64,000 bases of DNA from an uncultured Alphaproteobacteria bacterium (lineage in GTDB: Bacteria > Pseudomonadota > Alphaproteobacteria > RF32 > CAG-239): NCBI GenBank assembly GCA_934277545.1, contig CAKQUG010000006.1:5473-69472 (forward strand), in the 5' to 3' direction. Shown in pieces: positions 1 to 10,086 of the stretch. Numbering within the stretch: position 1 is the stretch's first letter; the number at the start of each line of letters is the position of its first letter. The notes under the pieces were generated by a model. That model was not told the origin of the DNA. It saw only the letters and a program-made list of their open reading frames with translations, and did no database searches. The position numbers and the translations under genes are program-made.

Positions 1-1016
1 TCTGAATTGTACGTTATAATATTTTTCAGCGTTGCACAATATTTATTTTCAGCCTGTACATAGCTTTGTTTTTTCAGCGGACGGGCGATAATCTGCCGAA
101 CCACCGCCAGCCGTTCTGCCGCCTCATCGCTCAAAACCGCGCCGCTTGCAGCCAATTCGGCATTTGCGGCAAAATCGGCGTTTCCTAAGCAAACCGCGTC
201 GCAGCCGGCAGCAAGAGTTCTTTGCGTCCGCTCGCTTATCGAGCCTTTAAGCGCCTGCATCATCACAGCATCAGAAACCAAAAATCCGTTGAAACCGATA
301 TGTTTGCGAATAATATTCTGAATTACTTTTGCCGATTCGCTTGCCGGATAAACCGTATCAACCGCTGTCATCAAGATATGCGCCACCATACCCATTGGGG
401 CGCTGTTCAACTGCTTAAACGGATAAAAATCCTGTTCCAAGATTTCCAAATCATCATCAATCACCGGCAGTTCTAAATGCGGATCGCTTTGCGCCCGCCC
501 ATGTCCCGGCAGATGTTTTACACACGGACAAACTCCGTTTGCCTCAAATTCCGCAACCATAGCCCTGCCCAGCTTGGCAATCTGCTTTTCATCTCCGGCA
601 AAGCAGCGACCTTTCAGCACAGCTGAGGTAAAATCATAATACACATCTAAAACAGGTGCAAAATTAACATTCACGCCGCAATTTTTCAAATCGTACGAAG
701 CTAAAAAAGCATGCTCACGCACCAAATCTTCCGTCGTTAAACGTACTTGCTCGCTAAGCGGCGTAAATTCAGGCTCGGTCAAACGGCGTACTCTTCCGCC
801 TTCTTGGTCTACGGCAATTAAAACATCATTCCGCCCGATTGTTTCTTTAATATCCCTGCACAGTCTTTGCAGCTGCGTTTTATTTTGCACATTGTTGCAG
901 CCTTTGGCAAACAAACACACTCCCAACGGATTACAGCTTTCAAACAAGCGTTTTTCTTCATCGCTTAAAGAAAATCCCTGAACGGATAAAAATGCCGGAA
1001 GTATTTTTTTATTCAT
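1..1016 (-). CDS. nagZ: beta-N-acetylhexosaminidase NagZ (GH3); 3' end runs off the window
   Basis: Absent from the ORF track because there is no stop inside the window. My translation from the ATG at 1016-1014 reads MNKKILPAFLSVQGFSLSDEEKRLF...AVDQEGGRVRRL...KHLPGHGRA, which carries GH3/NagZ signatures. About 338 codons are present. Confidence 0.8.
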   Translation of the reverse strand, partial: MNKKILPAFLSVQGFSLSDEEKRLFESCNPLGVCLFAKGCNNVQNKTQLQRLCRDIKETIGRNDVLIAVDQEGGRVRRLTEPEFTPLSEQVRLTTEDLVREHAFLASYDLKNCGVNVNFAPVLDVYYDFTSAVLKGRCFAGDEKQIAKLGRAMVAEFEANGVCPCVKHLPGHGRAQSDPHLELPVIDDDLEILEQDFYPFKQLNSAPMGMVAHILMTAVDTVYPASESAKVIQNIIRKHIGFNGFLVSDAVMMQALKGSISERTQRTLAAGCDAVCLGNADFAANAELAASGAVLSDEAAERLAVVRQIIARPLKKQSYVQAENKYCATLKNIITYNS

Positions 1017-1022
1017 CGGATA

Positions 1023-1919
1023 TTATTTTTCCTTAGCTATGCAATCGCGCAGACCTTTGGCTTTTAATGCAGCGCAAGCCTGTGCAGCAGTTGCTTTATC
1101 AGCAAACGAACCGGCACGTAGACGATAAAACATTCCCTGTGCGCCTAAATCGGAAGTTTGTATTTCATGCGGCATTTTTTTCAGGTCCTCATACTTAGAA
1201 GACAAATCGGCCCATAATTTTTCAACAGCAGCTTTATTTTTTGAAGCGATAAACTGAATTTGCCAACCGCCGGCTGCAACGGCGGGCACTTTTTCCACAA
1301 TGGCTTTAACTTCTGTTTTTGTCTGAGTTTCAGCTTTTTCGGCAGCTGCCGGCTTTGCGGTTTCAGCCAGCAAATCAGCAGGCTTGGCCGGAACATTGCC
1401 CCCGATTTCGGTTTCTTTCGCTTCGGTTTCTTTCGCTTCGGCTTTTACAGCTTCCGGCTTATTTGCGGCAACTTCATCTACAATCTGGTCCAAATTTGTA
1501 GCGTTAGCGTCAACATCAACAACCTCAGGCACAATATCCGGAAGTTTCGGAGTTTCCGGTTTAGGCAGCAAATTTTCCACAACCGTAGTGTCAACTTCTT
1601 TCTTTTCAACAATATTGTAAATATTTTTATCCTGATTTGGGATATCCATTCCGCCCGGGTTTTCAGGTTTAATTTTGATGGCGGTTTGCGGACGGCGGAT
1701 AATCGGAATTTCCTTTTCCGTTTCGGCATATTGCGGTGCCAAAACCAACCAACCGACAACGCCGGCCAACGCCACTCCGGCAAATGTGCCCAAAAAATTA
1801 TTGCGCGAACGCACCAGTTCTGTGCGGCGCTCTTCCAATGTGGCAATTTTCTGATTAGCCACTTTTTGCTTAAAATCGTTCAAATAATCGTCATCTTTAT
1901 TCAATAAACCGGGATACAT
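1023..1919 (-). CDS. SPOR domain-containing protein with one TM segment and a low-complexity E/K/A-rich linker
   Basis: The C-terminal ~75 aa (GGWQIQFIASKNKAAVEKLWADL...FYRLRAGSFADKATAAQAC) look like a SPOR peptidoglycan-binding domain. There is one N-terminal TM helix. Confidence 0.7.
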   Translation of the reverse strand: MYPGLLNKDDDYLNDFKQKVANQKIATLEERRTELVRSRNNFLGTFAGVALAGVVGWLVLAPQYAETEKEIPIIRRPQTAIKIKPENPGGMDIPNQDKNIYNIVEKKEVDTTVVENLLPKPETPKLPDIVPEVVDVDANATNLDQIVDEVAANKPEAVKAEAKETEAKETEIGGNVPAKPADLLAETAKPAAAEKAETQTKTEVKAIVEKVPAVAAGGWQIQFIASKNKAAVEKLWADLSSKYEDLKKMPHEIQTSDLGAQGMFYRLRAGSFADKATAAQACAALKAKGLRDCIAKEK

Positions 1920-2043
1920 AGATAAACCTCATTCAAAAATTTTCTTCATTTTACGGGCTAATGTTTTAAAATCACTTAACAGAACAAAAATTTTCTTTTA
2001 TTTCACAAAAAAGATACTATAGTCAGAAAAAAAGGATATGCTA

Positions 2044-2838
2044 ATGAAAATTGCCACGCTAAACATCAATTCCATCAACGCCAGACTGCCGAATCTGCTG
2101 CAATGGCTGCAGCAAAATCAGCCGGATATTCTGCTGTTGCAGGAAATTAAAACCGAATTTAACAATTTTCCGTTTTTCGATTTGCAGGTTTCGGGTTACG
2201 ACGCTAAAATTTTAGGGCAAAAAAGCTATAACGGCGTTGCGGTTTTAAGCAAACAAAAAATGACGGTTACCTCCGAGAATCTACCAAATTTTCCGGATGA
2301 AAACGCGCGTTATTTAGAAATAGAGTTTATGAAAAACGGTCAAAATTATATTGTGGCCTCGCTGTATCTGCCAAACGGCAATCCGCCGTATAACAATGAA
2401 AAAGACACTTCGCGCTTTGAATATAAACTCAAATGGATGGACGCTTTTTTAAGCCATGCCGAAGAATTGCTGCTGCAGCACAAAAACGTGATTTTAGCCG
2501 GCGATTTCAATGTGATATTAACTAAAGACGATGTTTTCAACCCCGAACTTTTTACCGGCAACGCTCTCTACCGACCGGAAGTTTGGCAGCGGCTGCATAA
2601 ATTAGAATTTATCGGCTATTCTGACGCCTATCGCCTTTTATATCCTTCACAAACCGGCTACACTTTTTGGGATTATACCAACGCCTCGTTTGCTAATGAT
2701 TTAGGTATGCGTATAGATTATATCTTTTGTTCTCCGGCGCTCGCCGATTGCCTGCAATCATGTCGCATAGACAAAGATTTCCGCGCTTTGGAAAAAGCAT
2801 CGGACCACACTGTTTTGCTGGCCGAATTTGAGGAATAG
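2044..2838 (+). CDS. xth: exodeoxyribonuclease III
   Basis: MKIATLNINSINARL...LLLQEIK...SDH matches the ExoIII/AP-endonuclease family. AAGGA lies 7 nt before the ATG at 2044; the track start at 2038 has no spacing for an RBS. Confidence 0.9.
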   Translation: MKIATLNINSINARLPNLLQWLQQNQPDILLLQEIKTEFNNFPFFDLQVSGYDAKILGQKSYNGVAVLSKQKMTVTSENLPNFPDENARYLEIEFMKNGQNYIVASLYLPNGNPPYNNEKDTSRFEYKLKWMDAFLSHAEELLLQHKNVILAGDFNVILTKDDVFNPELFTGNALYRPEVWQRLHKLEFIGYSDAYRLLYPSQTGYTFWDYTNASFANDLGMRIDYIFCSPALADCLQSCRIDKDFRALEKASDHTVLLAEFEE

Positions 2839-2840
2839 TG

Positions 2841-3902
2841 ATGAAAAAAATTATATTTTTTACAATTTTGCTAACGGCTTTTCCGGCTTTTGCCTCTGTT
2901 GATGAAAATTTGATAAATGAAATGCTGACTATGGTTAATAAAGACTATCTGCAACCGGTTAATAACGCCGAACTGGCGGCAAACGGACTGCAGGCGATTA
3001 CCAATCTGGATTCCGATGTTGTTATATCTAAAGGCAGCGACAAATTTTATCTTTACTATAAAAAACAAATAAAGAAAATTATTCCGCAACCCAAAGATGC
3101 CAATGATATTGCCGCTTGGAGCAAAACCATGGCGCAAATTGCCGATGAAACTTCAAAATGGTCAGAAAAAATAGCATTAAAAGATTTTGAACTACCGGAT
3201 TTAATGATGAAAAAAATCACCGGCAAACTTGATAAGTTTTCGCATTATTATTCGGAATACGATTACAGCGACGATAAAGAAGAAAACGCCATTTACACCT
3301 TATACAGCGACCGAAAAATTGATGATGTTTTATATTTGCGCGTACGAATTTTTAATAAGCAAACAGCCCTTGCCGTACAAGGTTCTTTGGAACGCAACAA
3401 GCCTTACAACGCCGTCATTTTAGACCTGCGAGGCAACAGCGGCGGAATTTTAAACGAAGCATTGAAAGTCGCCGATTTATTTACCGACAATGAAATTATA
3501 ACCTACACTTCCGGTCGCAATGGTTCCAACGAACATTACTACACCTCTAAAGAAGGACGATTGTATGACGGTCCGCTGGCCGTGCTGGTAGACGGCGAAA
3601 CCGCGTCGGCGGCAGAAGTTTTGGCAGCAGGGCTGCAAGACCAATCCCGCGCTGAAATTATCGGCACAAAGACCTTTGGCAAAGGCACCATCCAAAATGT
3701 GATACAAATGAGCAACGGCGGCAAACTCGTTTTAACCACCGAGCAATTTTTCACTCCGTCCGGCAAAGTAATTCACCAAAACGGCGTAACTCCTGATTTG
3801 TGCGTTGTCCCGGACAATAATGATTCCTGCCGCCAAGAAAGCCGGCTGTGGGATGAAAGCGACATTTCAACCGCCGTAAAATTGCTGAAAAATGAATTAT
3901 AG
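2841..3902 (+). CDS. S41 family (C-terminal processing-like) peptidase with signal peptide
   Basis: Motifs ILDLRGNSGG...VLVDGETASAAEVLAAGLQD...GTKTFGKGTIQ. GAGGA lies 6 nt upstream of the ATG at 2841. Confidence 0.8.
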   Translation: MKKIIFFTILLTAFPAFASVDENLINEMLTMVNKDYLQPVNNAELAANGLQAITNLDSDVVISKGSDKFYLYYKKQIKKIIPQPKDANDIAAWSKTMAQIADETSKWSEKIALKDFELPDLMMKKITGKLDKFSHYYSEYDYSDDKEENAIYTLYSDRKIDDVLYLRVRIFNKQTALAVQGSLERNKPYNAVILDLRGNSGGILNEALKVADLFTDNEIITYTSGRNGSNEHYYTSKEGRLYDGPLAVLVDGETASAAEVLAAGLQDQSRAEIIGTKTFGKGTIQNVIQMSNGGKLVLTTEQFFTPSGKVIHQNGVTPDLCVVPDNNDSCRQESRLWDESDISTAVKLLKNEL

Positions 3903-3914
3903 GCAAAAAAACAG

Positions 3915-3942
3915 TTGACAACCCCGTTAAAAAATGTATACT
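3915..3942 (+). promoter_or_regulatory. sigma70-like promoter for rpmG (TTGACA-16-TATACT)
   Basis: TTGACA at 3915-3920 and TATACT at 3937-3942, about 45 nt upstream of rpmG. Confidence 0.4.
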
Positions 3943-3986
3943 TCGCCTAAATGTTTTAATTGATAACTTTGTAAAAGAGTAAAAAA

Positions 3987-4154
3987 ATGGCTAAAGCAGT
4001 AAAAATTAAAATTAAATTGGAAAGCAGTGCCGGTACCGGTTCTTTCTATTTGGCAGAAAAAAATCCAAGAACTCATCCTGAAAAATTGGTTTTGAAGAAA
4101 TTTGATAAAAAATCTAAAAAACATGAAGAGTTCGTTGAAAAGAAATTAAAGTAA
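3987..4154 (+). CDS. rpmG: 50S ribosomal protein L33
   Basis: A 55-aa ORF below the track cut-off: [55 protein letters not shown], the typical L33 pattern. Confidence 0.9.
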   Translation: MAKAVKIKIKLESSAGTGSFYLAEKNPRTHPEKLVLKKFDKKSKKHEEFVEKKLK

Positions 4155-4176
4155 TTTCTGCAAAAGAATTTGAAAG

Positions 4177-4209
4177 AAGAGGTGCTGGTAAATTCAGACC
4201 TCTTTTTTA
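4177..4209. terminator. hairpin plus T-run between convergent rpmG and xerC
   Basis: AAGAGGT (4177-4183) pairs with ACCTCTT (4198-4204), followed by TTTTAT. Confidence 0.6.
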
Positions 4210-4215
4210 TTATAT

Positions 4216-5151
4216 TTACTCTTTTTCAAGCGGATGCGCTTTATGGTATTCTCTTTGCAAAGTTGCAGTTTGAACATCTGTGTAGCGCTGGGTGGTGCTT
4301 AGGGACGCATGACCTAACAATTCTTGAATTGAGCGCAAATCCGTTCCCTCAGCCAACAACTGCGTGGCAAACGAATGTCTCAAGGCATGCGGGGTTACCG
4401 TATCGGGCAACCCTAAAATCGGACGCAGTTTTTGCAGTTGGCGCTGAATTATACGCGGGCTGATTCGCTCACCTCGTGCCCCCAAAAACAATGGTTCTCC
4501 TACATTGAGTTTATACGGGCATTCTGCAAGGTAAGCGGCGATATGCTGCCAAATAATCGGAAGAAGGGGCACTAAACGTTCTTTATTCCCCTTACCTTTA
4601 ACGCGAAGGAACTCGCTTTTCGCCGTTATATCGCCAATATTTATAGAAAGGGCTTCGGATATACGCAATCCACAACCGTATAACAAGGTTAAAATTGCTT
4701 TATCCCGAAGTCCCTGCCACGCTTCTAATTCTAATTTTTCAATACCTTTAAGCAAATTAAATGAATCATCAATATCCAAAGCCTTTGGCAAAACTTTAGA
4801 TTTTTTAGGTGAAGAAATAACGCTGATTGCCGGATTTTTAATAATTTTTTTGCGTTCCAACCATTTGAAAAAATTTTTAACAGCCGAAAGCTCGCGGCAC
4901 ATTGAAGATTTACTCAAGCAACGCGCGGCTTGTTTGCTTAAAAACTTTCTGAAATCATGGACATCCAGTTCTTTTAATTCCTGCATACTCAACGGAGTAT
5001 CTTTGACTTCCGTCAAAAAGAAAGATAAATCACGCGAATACCCGTCTAAAGTATGTTCGGAATACAGTCGTTCTTTCAAAAGCCAATCTTGCCACTTTTC
5101 AATAAGCGGCAGCAATGTGTTATCGGCATTAAATTGAATTTCGGCTCTCAC
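4216..5151 (-). CDS. xerC: site-specific tyrosine recombinase, XerC-like
   Basis: C-terminal HALRHSFATQLLAEGTDLRSIQELLGHASLSTTQRYTDV with catalytic R..H..R..Y context. GTG start. XerC versus XerD is not certain. Confidence 0.75.
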   Translation of the reverse strand: MRAEIQFNADNTLLPLIEKWQDWLLKERLYSEHTLDGYSRDLSFFLTEVKDTPLSMQELKELDVHDFRKFLSKQAARCLSKSSMCRELSAVKNFFKWLERKKIIKNPAISVISSPKKSKVLPKALDIDDSFNLLKGIEKLELEAWQGLRDKAILTLLYGCGLRISEALSINIGDITAKSEFLRVKGKGNKERLVPLLPIIWQHIAAYLAECPYKLNVGEPLFLGARGERISPRIIQRQLQKLRPILGLPDTVTPHALRHSFATQLLAEGTDLRSIQELLGHASLSTTQRYTDVQTATLQREYHKAHPLEKE

Positions 5152-5154
5152 GTT

Positions 5155-5667
5155 TTATTTTATAACCTCATTTTTATACAAACCGAACAACACATCGCGC
5201 GGCATCCAGCCTTTAACGGTGTCAAATTTTATTAAGCACATTCCATCCGGAGTCGGACATTTTTCTATTTCTCCGACAACTCCGTCTTCGGCTTTTGCCA
5301 CAACTTTAGAGTCTATCTCCGGCTTGGCGTAAATATTATTTTCACCCGGATTGATAACTTTAACAAAACGCCGTCCGGACAACATATTTTTCTTTACCCA
5401 GGTTTCCGAGCCTTCCCAATCCCTGATTTTCCGCCACAATTCAAATTCGGAAATAATTTCCACCGGCGCACCTTTTTGCTTATATACCCAAACAATGGGA
5501 TAGCGAATACCGGGGCCGGACCGCACATTTATCAGGCTGGAGCGCAAAGAAACCATGCGCGGCAAAGCTAATCCGCTTTCACTTTCGTTTTCTTCCGCCG
5601 CCTGCGCCATATTCATAACGCACAAAGCAAAACCAAACGCCATAAATGTTGTCAACAATGCTTTCAT
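5155..5667 (-). CDS. SH3-like domain protein (COG3807-type), secreted
   Basis: Signal peptide followed by LPRMVSLRSSLINVRSGPGIRYPIVWVYKQKGAPVEII..WRKIRDWEGSETWV, the alphaproteobacterial bacterial-SH3 pattern. Confidence 0.6.
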   Translation of the reverse strand: MKALLTTFMAFGFALCVMNMAQAAEENESESGLALPRMVSLRSSLINVRSGPGIRYPIVWVYKQKGAPVEIISEFELWRKIRDWEGSETWVKKNMLSGRRFVKVINPGENNIYAKPEIDSKVVAKAEDGVVGEIEKCPTPDGMCLIKFDTVKGWMPRDVLFGLYKNEVIK

Positions 5668-5751
5668 TTTTCTTCCCTTTAATAAAATTTAAATCAATGA
5701 TAAATGTATATAATAAAAAAAAGGTAAACATTAAAAAAGAAAGGCTGAAAA

Positions 5752-6864
5752 ATGGATTTAATGAACACTGTAAAAGACTTGATTCGTTTCCGCACCGAAA
5801 CCGGAAATGAATCTGAAATAAAAAAAGCCGCCAACTACATTGTAGAAAAATTTGCCGGCACCGATGTTATTGCGGAAATTTTCCAAACCACGGCTTCTCC
5901 TGTCGTTTTTTTGCGTAACTCAAACTGTTTGAATTTTGATGTTTTGGTTTTGGGACATATCGACGTTGTTCCGGCAGAAACCTCTATGTTTGAACCGATT
6001 GAGAAAAACGGCAGAATGTACGGACGCGGCACTCTGGATATGAAATCGTTTGCAGCAGTAGCGCTAAATTCCATGATGTATGTTGTCGAGCATCAGCTGC
6101 CGCTGAATTTCGGAGTTATACTTTCAACAGACGAAGAAAAAGGCAGTAAATCTACCGAATCTTTTTTGGAAAACTATCCGAATTTAACCGCTAAAATTGT
6201 GCTGGATAACGACGTGGGCGGAGACATTACTAAAATTGTCAGCAAATGCAAAAATCCGGTGTTTGTAAAATTGATTGCCGACGGCAAAGAGGCACACGGC
6301 TCAACTCCGTGGGAAGGAATCGACGCCAACGAGCTTCTTATTCAAAGCTGGAATAAACTGCGTCAAATTTATCCGTATTACGCCAAAGACTTGCCGCAGC
6401 CGCACAACACTTGGTTTGACACGGTACACATGGCGCTGATAAACGGCGGACAAGTTTCCAACGTGCTGTCCAATCATGCCGAAGCCCTGTTGGATTTTCG
6501 CTTAACCGAAAATTCCACCTTGAAGCATTTGGAAGAAAATTTGCAAAAATGTTTGGTTAAAGGCGTAAACTATAAAATTGTTTCATCATCAACACCGGTG
6601 GTTATGGATGAAAATAATCCGTATATTTTAGAATATAAAAATTTTGCCGAAAACATTTTAGGACGCCCGATAGAATTTGAACATATCGGCGGCGCTACGG
6701 ATTCGCGCGCATTCGCCGTAAAAGGTTCGGTGGTAATCATGCACTCCGGAACCGGCGAAGGTATGCACGCCGCCGGTGAATATGTGGAAATTGAAAGCGT
6801 AAAACAAATCGCCGACATTCAGATTAAATTTTTGGAAAAATTGGCAAAAGACGGCATAAATTAA
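5752..6864 (+). CDS. M20 family metallopeptidase (ArgE/DapE/ACY1 family)
   Basis: Motifs GHIDVVPA, GRGTLDMKS, TDEEKGS and EAHGSTPWEGIDAN. Confidence 0.8.
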   Translation: MDLMNTVKDLIRFRTETGNESEIKKAANYIVEKFAGTDVIAEIFQTTASPVVFLRNSNCLNFDVLVLGHIDVVPAETSMFEPIEKNGRMYGRGTLDMKSFAAVALNSMMYVVEHQLPLNFGVILSTDEEKGSKSTESFLENYPNLTAKIVLDNDVGGDITKIVSKCKNPVFVKLIADGKEAHGSTPWEGIDANELLIQSWNKLRQIYPYYAKDLPQPHNTWFDTVHMALINGGQVSNVLSNHAEALLDFRLTENSTLKHLEENLQKCLVKGVNYKIVSSSTPVVMDENNPYILEYKNFAENILGRPIEFEHIGGATDSRAFAVKGSVVIMHSGTGEGMHAAGEYVEIESVKQIADIQIKFLEKLAKDGIN

Positions 6865-6873
6865 CGCATTTTT

Positions 6874-6908
6874 GTTGACCGGCAAAGTATTTGGCTTTGC
6901 CGGTCAAC
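6874..6908. repeat. perfect 14-bp inverted repeat (hairpin) downstream of the M20 gene, no U-tract
   Basis: GTTGACCGGCAAAG (6874-6887) pairs with CTTTGCCGGTCAAC (6895-6908); 7-nt loop. Confidence 0.6.
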
Positions 6909-7013
6909 GAAAAAACACCCCACATGCAAACCAAACCATTACCACCTTGCCTATAAAATATTATATAAGTAACTAAAAAGGGCTATGATTTTTCATAACC
7001 CTTTGATTTTTAA

Positions 7014-7089
7014 TGGTGCCAACAGAGAGACTTGAACTCCCGACCCACTGATTACAAATCAGTAGCTCTACCAACTGAGCTATGTTGGC
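7014..7089 (-). tRNA. tRNA-Thr (anticodon UGU)
   Basis: The reverse complement folds as a cloverleaf: GCCAACA/TGTTGGC acceptor stem, anticodon loop TTTGTAA, TTCAAGT T-loop, encoded CCA. Confidence 0.9.
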
Positions 7090-7178
7090 AACATAACTGA
7101 AAGAACTTATACACTAGCGTTTTTTTATTGTCAACCAGTTTTTGAACATTTTTATAAAAAATATTTTGATAACAAATT

Positions 7179-8939
7179 TTAAACCAGCTGTGCCTGATAC
7201 AACGACGCGTAAATACTGTCTGATTTTGCCATCAGTTCCTTATGAGTTCCTGTTTCCACAATTTTACCATAATTAACCACCACTATTTTATCGGCATTGC
7301 GAACTGTTGACAGCCTATGCGCAATCACAAACACAGTTCTGTCCGCCATCAAATTATCAATAGCCTGCTGCACAATAGCTTCAGATTTATTATCCAACGC
7401 AGATGTAGCTTCATCTAAAATCACAATCGGCGCATTTTTAATAAAAGCTCTGGCAATGGCTATGCGTTGCTTTTGTCCTCCGGAAAGCAGTACCCCTCGC
7501 TCACCGATTTGCGTATCCAAACCGTTTGGCAGTTCTTTAATAAAATCAGTCAGACAAGCGCACGAAACCGCATATTCAATGTCTTTTTCATCAGCACCTT
7601 CATTACCAAGCAGAATATTGTCACGGATTGTTCCCGAAAACAAAAAATTATCCTGAAAAACTACGGCAATCATATCACGCAAAGAATAAAGCGAAAAATC
7701 TCTAATATCGGTACCGTCTATTAAAATTTGCCCTGAAGTTACATCATAAAAACGCGGCAACAAATTAACCAATGTTGTTTTACCACCGCCTGAATTGCCA
7801 ACCAGAGCAATAGTCTGCCCTTTTTTAATATTTAAATTGATGTTTTTAAGCACCGGTTTCCCGGCAATATATTCAAAGCAAACATTTTTATAGGAAATTC
7901 CGCGATTTATGCTTTTCAGTTCTTTAGCCCCTGTTCGGTCTTCTATTTTTGCTCTTTGGGTTAAAAGCTCAAACACGCGCTCCATTGCCAGCAACGCCAC
8001 CTGTACATTGTTAAAATTATTGCCGATACCTTTAATCGGATTATACAACAAAATCAGCGCCGCTACAAAAGAAACGAAGTTTCCGGCGGTTATTTGATGA
8101 TTGACAATCAAATAGCTTCCAACCCAAATAACCAAGGCAATTCCCAAAGAAACCACAAAGTGCATAAGCGGCGACAGCATACCTGTGCGCTGCACCATTT
8201 TCATACCGAGTTTAAACACTCGGTGCAAGGTATCATTAAAACGATTATTCTGATAGTCATATAAATTGTACGACGAAATAATGCGATTGCCGCAAAAACT
8301 TTCGTTATAATGTGTTACTACCTCGGCGCTGGTAAAAACCGTTTGTTTATTTATATCTTTTATACGTTTTCTGACTCCGGTCAACGGAAACAGCGCACCG
8401 AACAGCACCACAACTGCAATCAGCGCCAACTGCCAGCTGTTATAGAAAAGCACCGCCACCAATGACACCGATGAGAAAAATCGTGTAAAAAATTGTTTTA
8501 TATTGCTCAAAAGACCGCTGCACGCCGCGTCGACATCGTTATTAAAACGCATCATAATATTGCCGGAAGTCGTGGTATCAAAAAAAGCGGCTTCAAATTT
8601 CATAAGTTTTTCAAACAGCGATATTTTCACGTCGCTGGCAATGCGGTTGCCTACCCAAGTGTTTGTAAAATTCGCCGCAAACGTAAACATTCCCTGCAAA
8701 GCACTGAACAAAATAATAACCAGCGGAATCCACAAAGTATTAGTATTCTGTTCTATCATCATCACATCCATATACGGCTTTAACGCCCACGCGATTACCG
8801 CGTCCATGGCACCGACAGGTAAAGTCAGCAAAATAGCCAACAAGGCTCTGCCCCAATATGGTTTAACAAAAACCCACATTTGACCGTAATCATTGATAAA
8901 GTGATTGTCTTTTAATTTTTCTTTTAACTTTACAAACAT
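7179..8939 (-). CDS. ABC transporter permease/ATPase fusion, MsbA-like exporter
   Basis: Six-TM N-terminal half; Walker A GNSGGGKTT, signature LSGGQKQR, Walker B ILDEATSALD. Confidence 0.8.
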   Translation of the reverse strand: MFVKLKEKLKDNHFINDYGQMWVFVKPYWGRALLAILLTLPVGAMDAVIAWALKPYMDVMMIEQNTNTLWIPLVIILFSALQGMFTFAANFTNTWVGNRIASDVKISLFEKLMKFEAAFFDTTTSGNIMMRFNNDVDAACSGLLSNIKQFFTRFFSSVSLVAVLFYNSWQLALIAVVVLFGALFPLTGVRKRIKDINKQTVFTSAEVVTHYNESFCGNRIISSYNLYDYQNNRFNDTLHRVFKLGMKMVQRTGMLSPLMHFVVSLGIALVIWVGSYLIVNHQITAGNFVSFVAALILLYNPIKGIGNNFNNVQVALLAMERVFELLTQRAKIEDRTGAKELKSINRGISYKNVCFEYIAGKPVLKNINLNIKKGQTIALVGNSGGGKTTLVNLLPRFYDVTSGQILIDGTDIRDFSLYSLRDMIAVVFQDNFLFSGTIRDNILLGNEGADEKDIEYAVSCACLTDFIKELPNGLDTQIGERGVLLSGGQKQRIAIARAFIKNAPIVILDEATSALDNKSEAIVQQAIDNLMADRTVFVIAHRLSTVRNADKIVVVNYGKIVETGTHKELMAKSDSIYASLYQAQLV

Positions 8940-9239
8940 ATTTATCCTTTGTTTTTGATGTTTGAAAGCATAATAACGGATAATTTACAAAAGTAAACCG
9001 TTTGTCGCCGGATATAAACGAAAAATCTCAACAGTTATTAACTTTTTTTGTTACCAAACACTTATCTCATTGCACACAAAACATTCTAATTAAAGGCTCT
9101 TCGTTTTATGGTAAATCATAGTTTTACAGTATCGCCAAACACCAAATAACATTTTTCTGAAAATTTCATTGCCGGCAATACCTGCGAGCCGATACATGAG
9201 CATAATTATGTGCAAATACCGGCTAAATAAAATTAAAAC

Positions 9240-10076
9240 TTACAGATTTTCATCTATAGATTTAATTTCCTTCGGCGCACTATCTTTAGCCGGAACCGCG
9301 TTTTCATCTGTGGTAACAACTTTGTCTTCCAGTTCATCCATCAGCTTATCCAAATCCGAGGTTTCTTCTTTTTCATAGCCTTCGTCCTGAGTCTTGGTTT
9401 CGCCGTCAACCTTTGGCTGTACCAGTTTGTTAAACAGTTCTTCCCCGCTTTTTTTCAAAACTTCGCCATTGATACCGGCCGTATTATCAACCGCTTTTTC
9501 TTCTGTATTCTGAGCTTTGTCGCCTTCTGATTTTTCTTCTATCTTAGCAGCACCCAAACCAAGACTTTCGCCTTTAGCTTTCAAATCGTCAAACCATTTT
9601 TCAGGTATCAAGCCTTTAATCGGTCCGGCAGCGTCGCCGGCAAGTTTAAAGTAGCGGGATTCGGCAAACACACCTTTTTGCGATTCTTCCGGAATCAGTG
9701 ATGAAATCATAATCTGGAGCAAAATTACGATAATAACACCGCGAAAAATACCGAAAATAAATCCTAATATTCTATCCAGCGAACTTAATTTGCTGAAACG
9801 AATCTGCGTGCTGATTTTGTCGGCCGCCAGCACCCAAAAAATACAGAACATAATCAAAATAACCATACCGGAGACGAGGTTGGAAAGCACTTCGGAGGCT
9901 ATATATTTTTGCATTATCGGGTCAACCACCGGCAGCAGATAATACACTGAAACGGCCGCCAAAATCCAGCCGGTAATCGACAGCAGTTCTTTTGTTACGC
10001 CGCGGGCAATCGCCACCAGCGCCGAAACGCCGACAATTACCAAAAACACCACATCTAAGTTGTTTAATTGTTCCAT
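9240..10076 (-). CDS. cvpA: CvpA family membrane protein with an acidic low-complexity C-terminal tail
   Basis: The N-terminal 4-TM region resembles CvpA (colicin V production protein). The C-terminal ~110 aa are E/D/K-rich. Confidence 0.65.
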   Translation of the reverse strand: MEQLNNLDVVFLVIVGVSALVAIARGVTKELLSITGWILAAVSVYYLLPVVDPIMQKYIASEVLSNLVSGMVILIMFCIFWVLAADKISTQIRFSKLSSLDRILGFIFGIFRGVIIVILLQIMISSLIPEESQKGVFAESRYFKLAGDAAGPIKGLIPEKWFDDLKAKGESLGLGAAKIEEKSEGDKAQNTEEKAVDNTAGINGEVLKKSGEELFNKLVQPKVDGETKTQDEGYEKEETSDLDKLMDELEDKVVTTDENAVPAKDSAPKEIKSIDENL

Positions 10077-10086
10077 AATTTTGCTC

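Noticed and set aside
222-476. 84-aa plus-strand ORF
   Set aside because: It lies antisense inside the clearly homologous nagZ coding region.
4216-5151. Tyrosine recombinase as the integrase of a mobile element, or as the invertase for the pilin-locus repeats
   Set aside because: The sequence and context fit chromosomal XerC/XerD. It has no flanking repeats and lies about 38 kb from the nearest inverted-repeat module.
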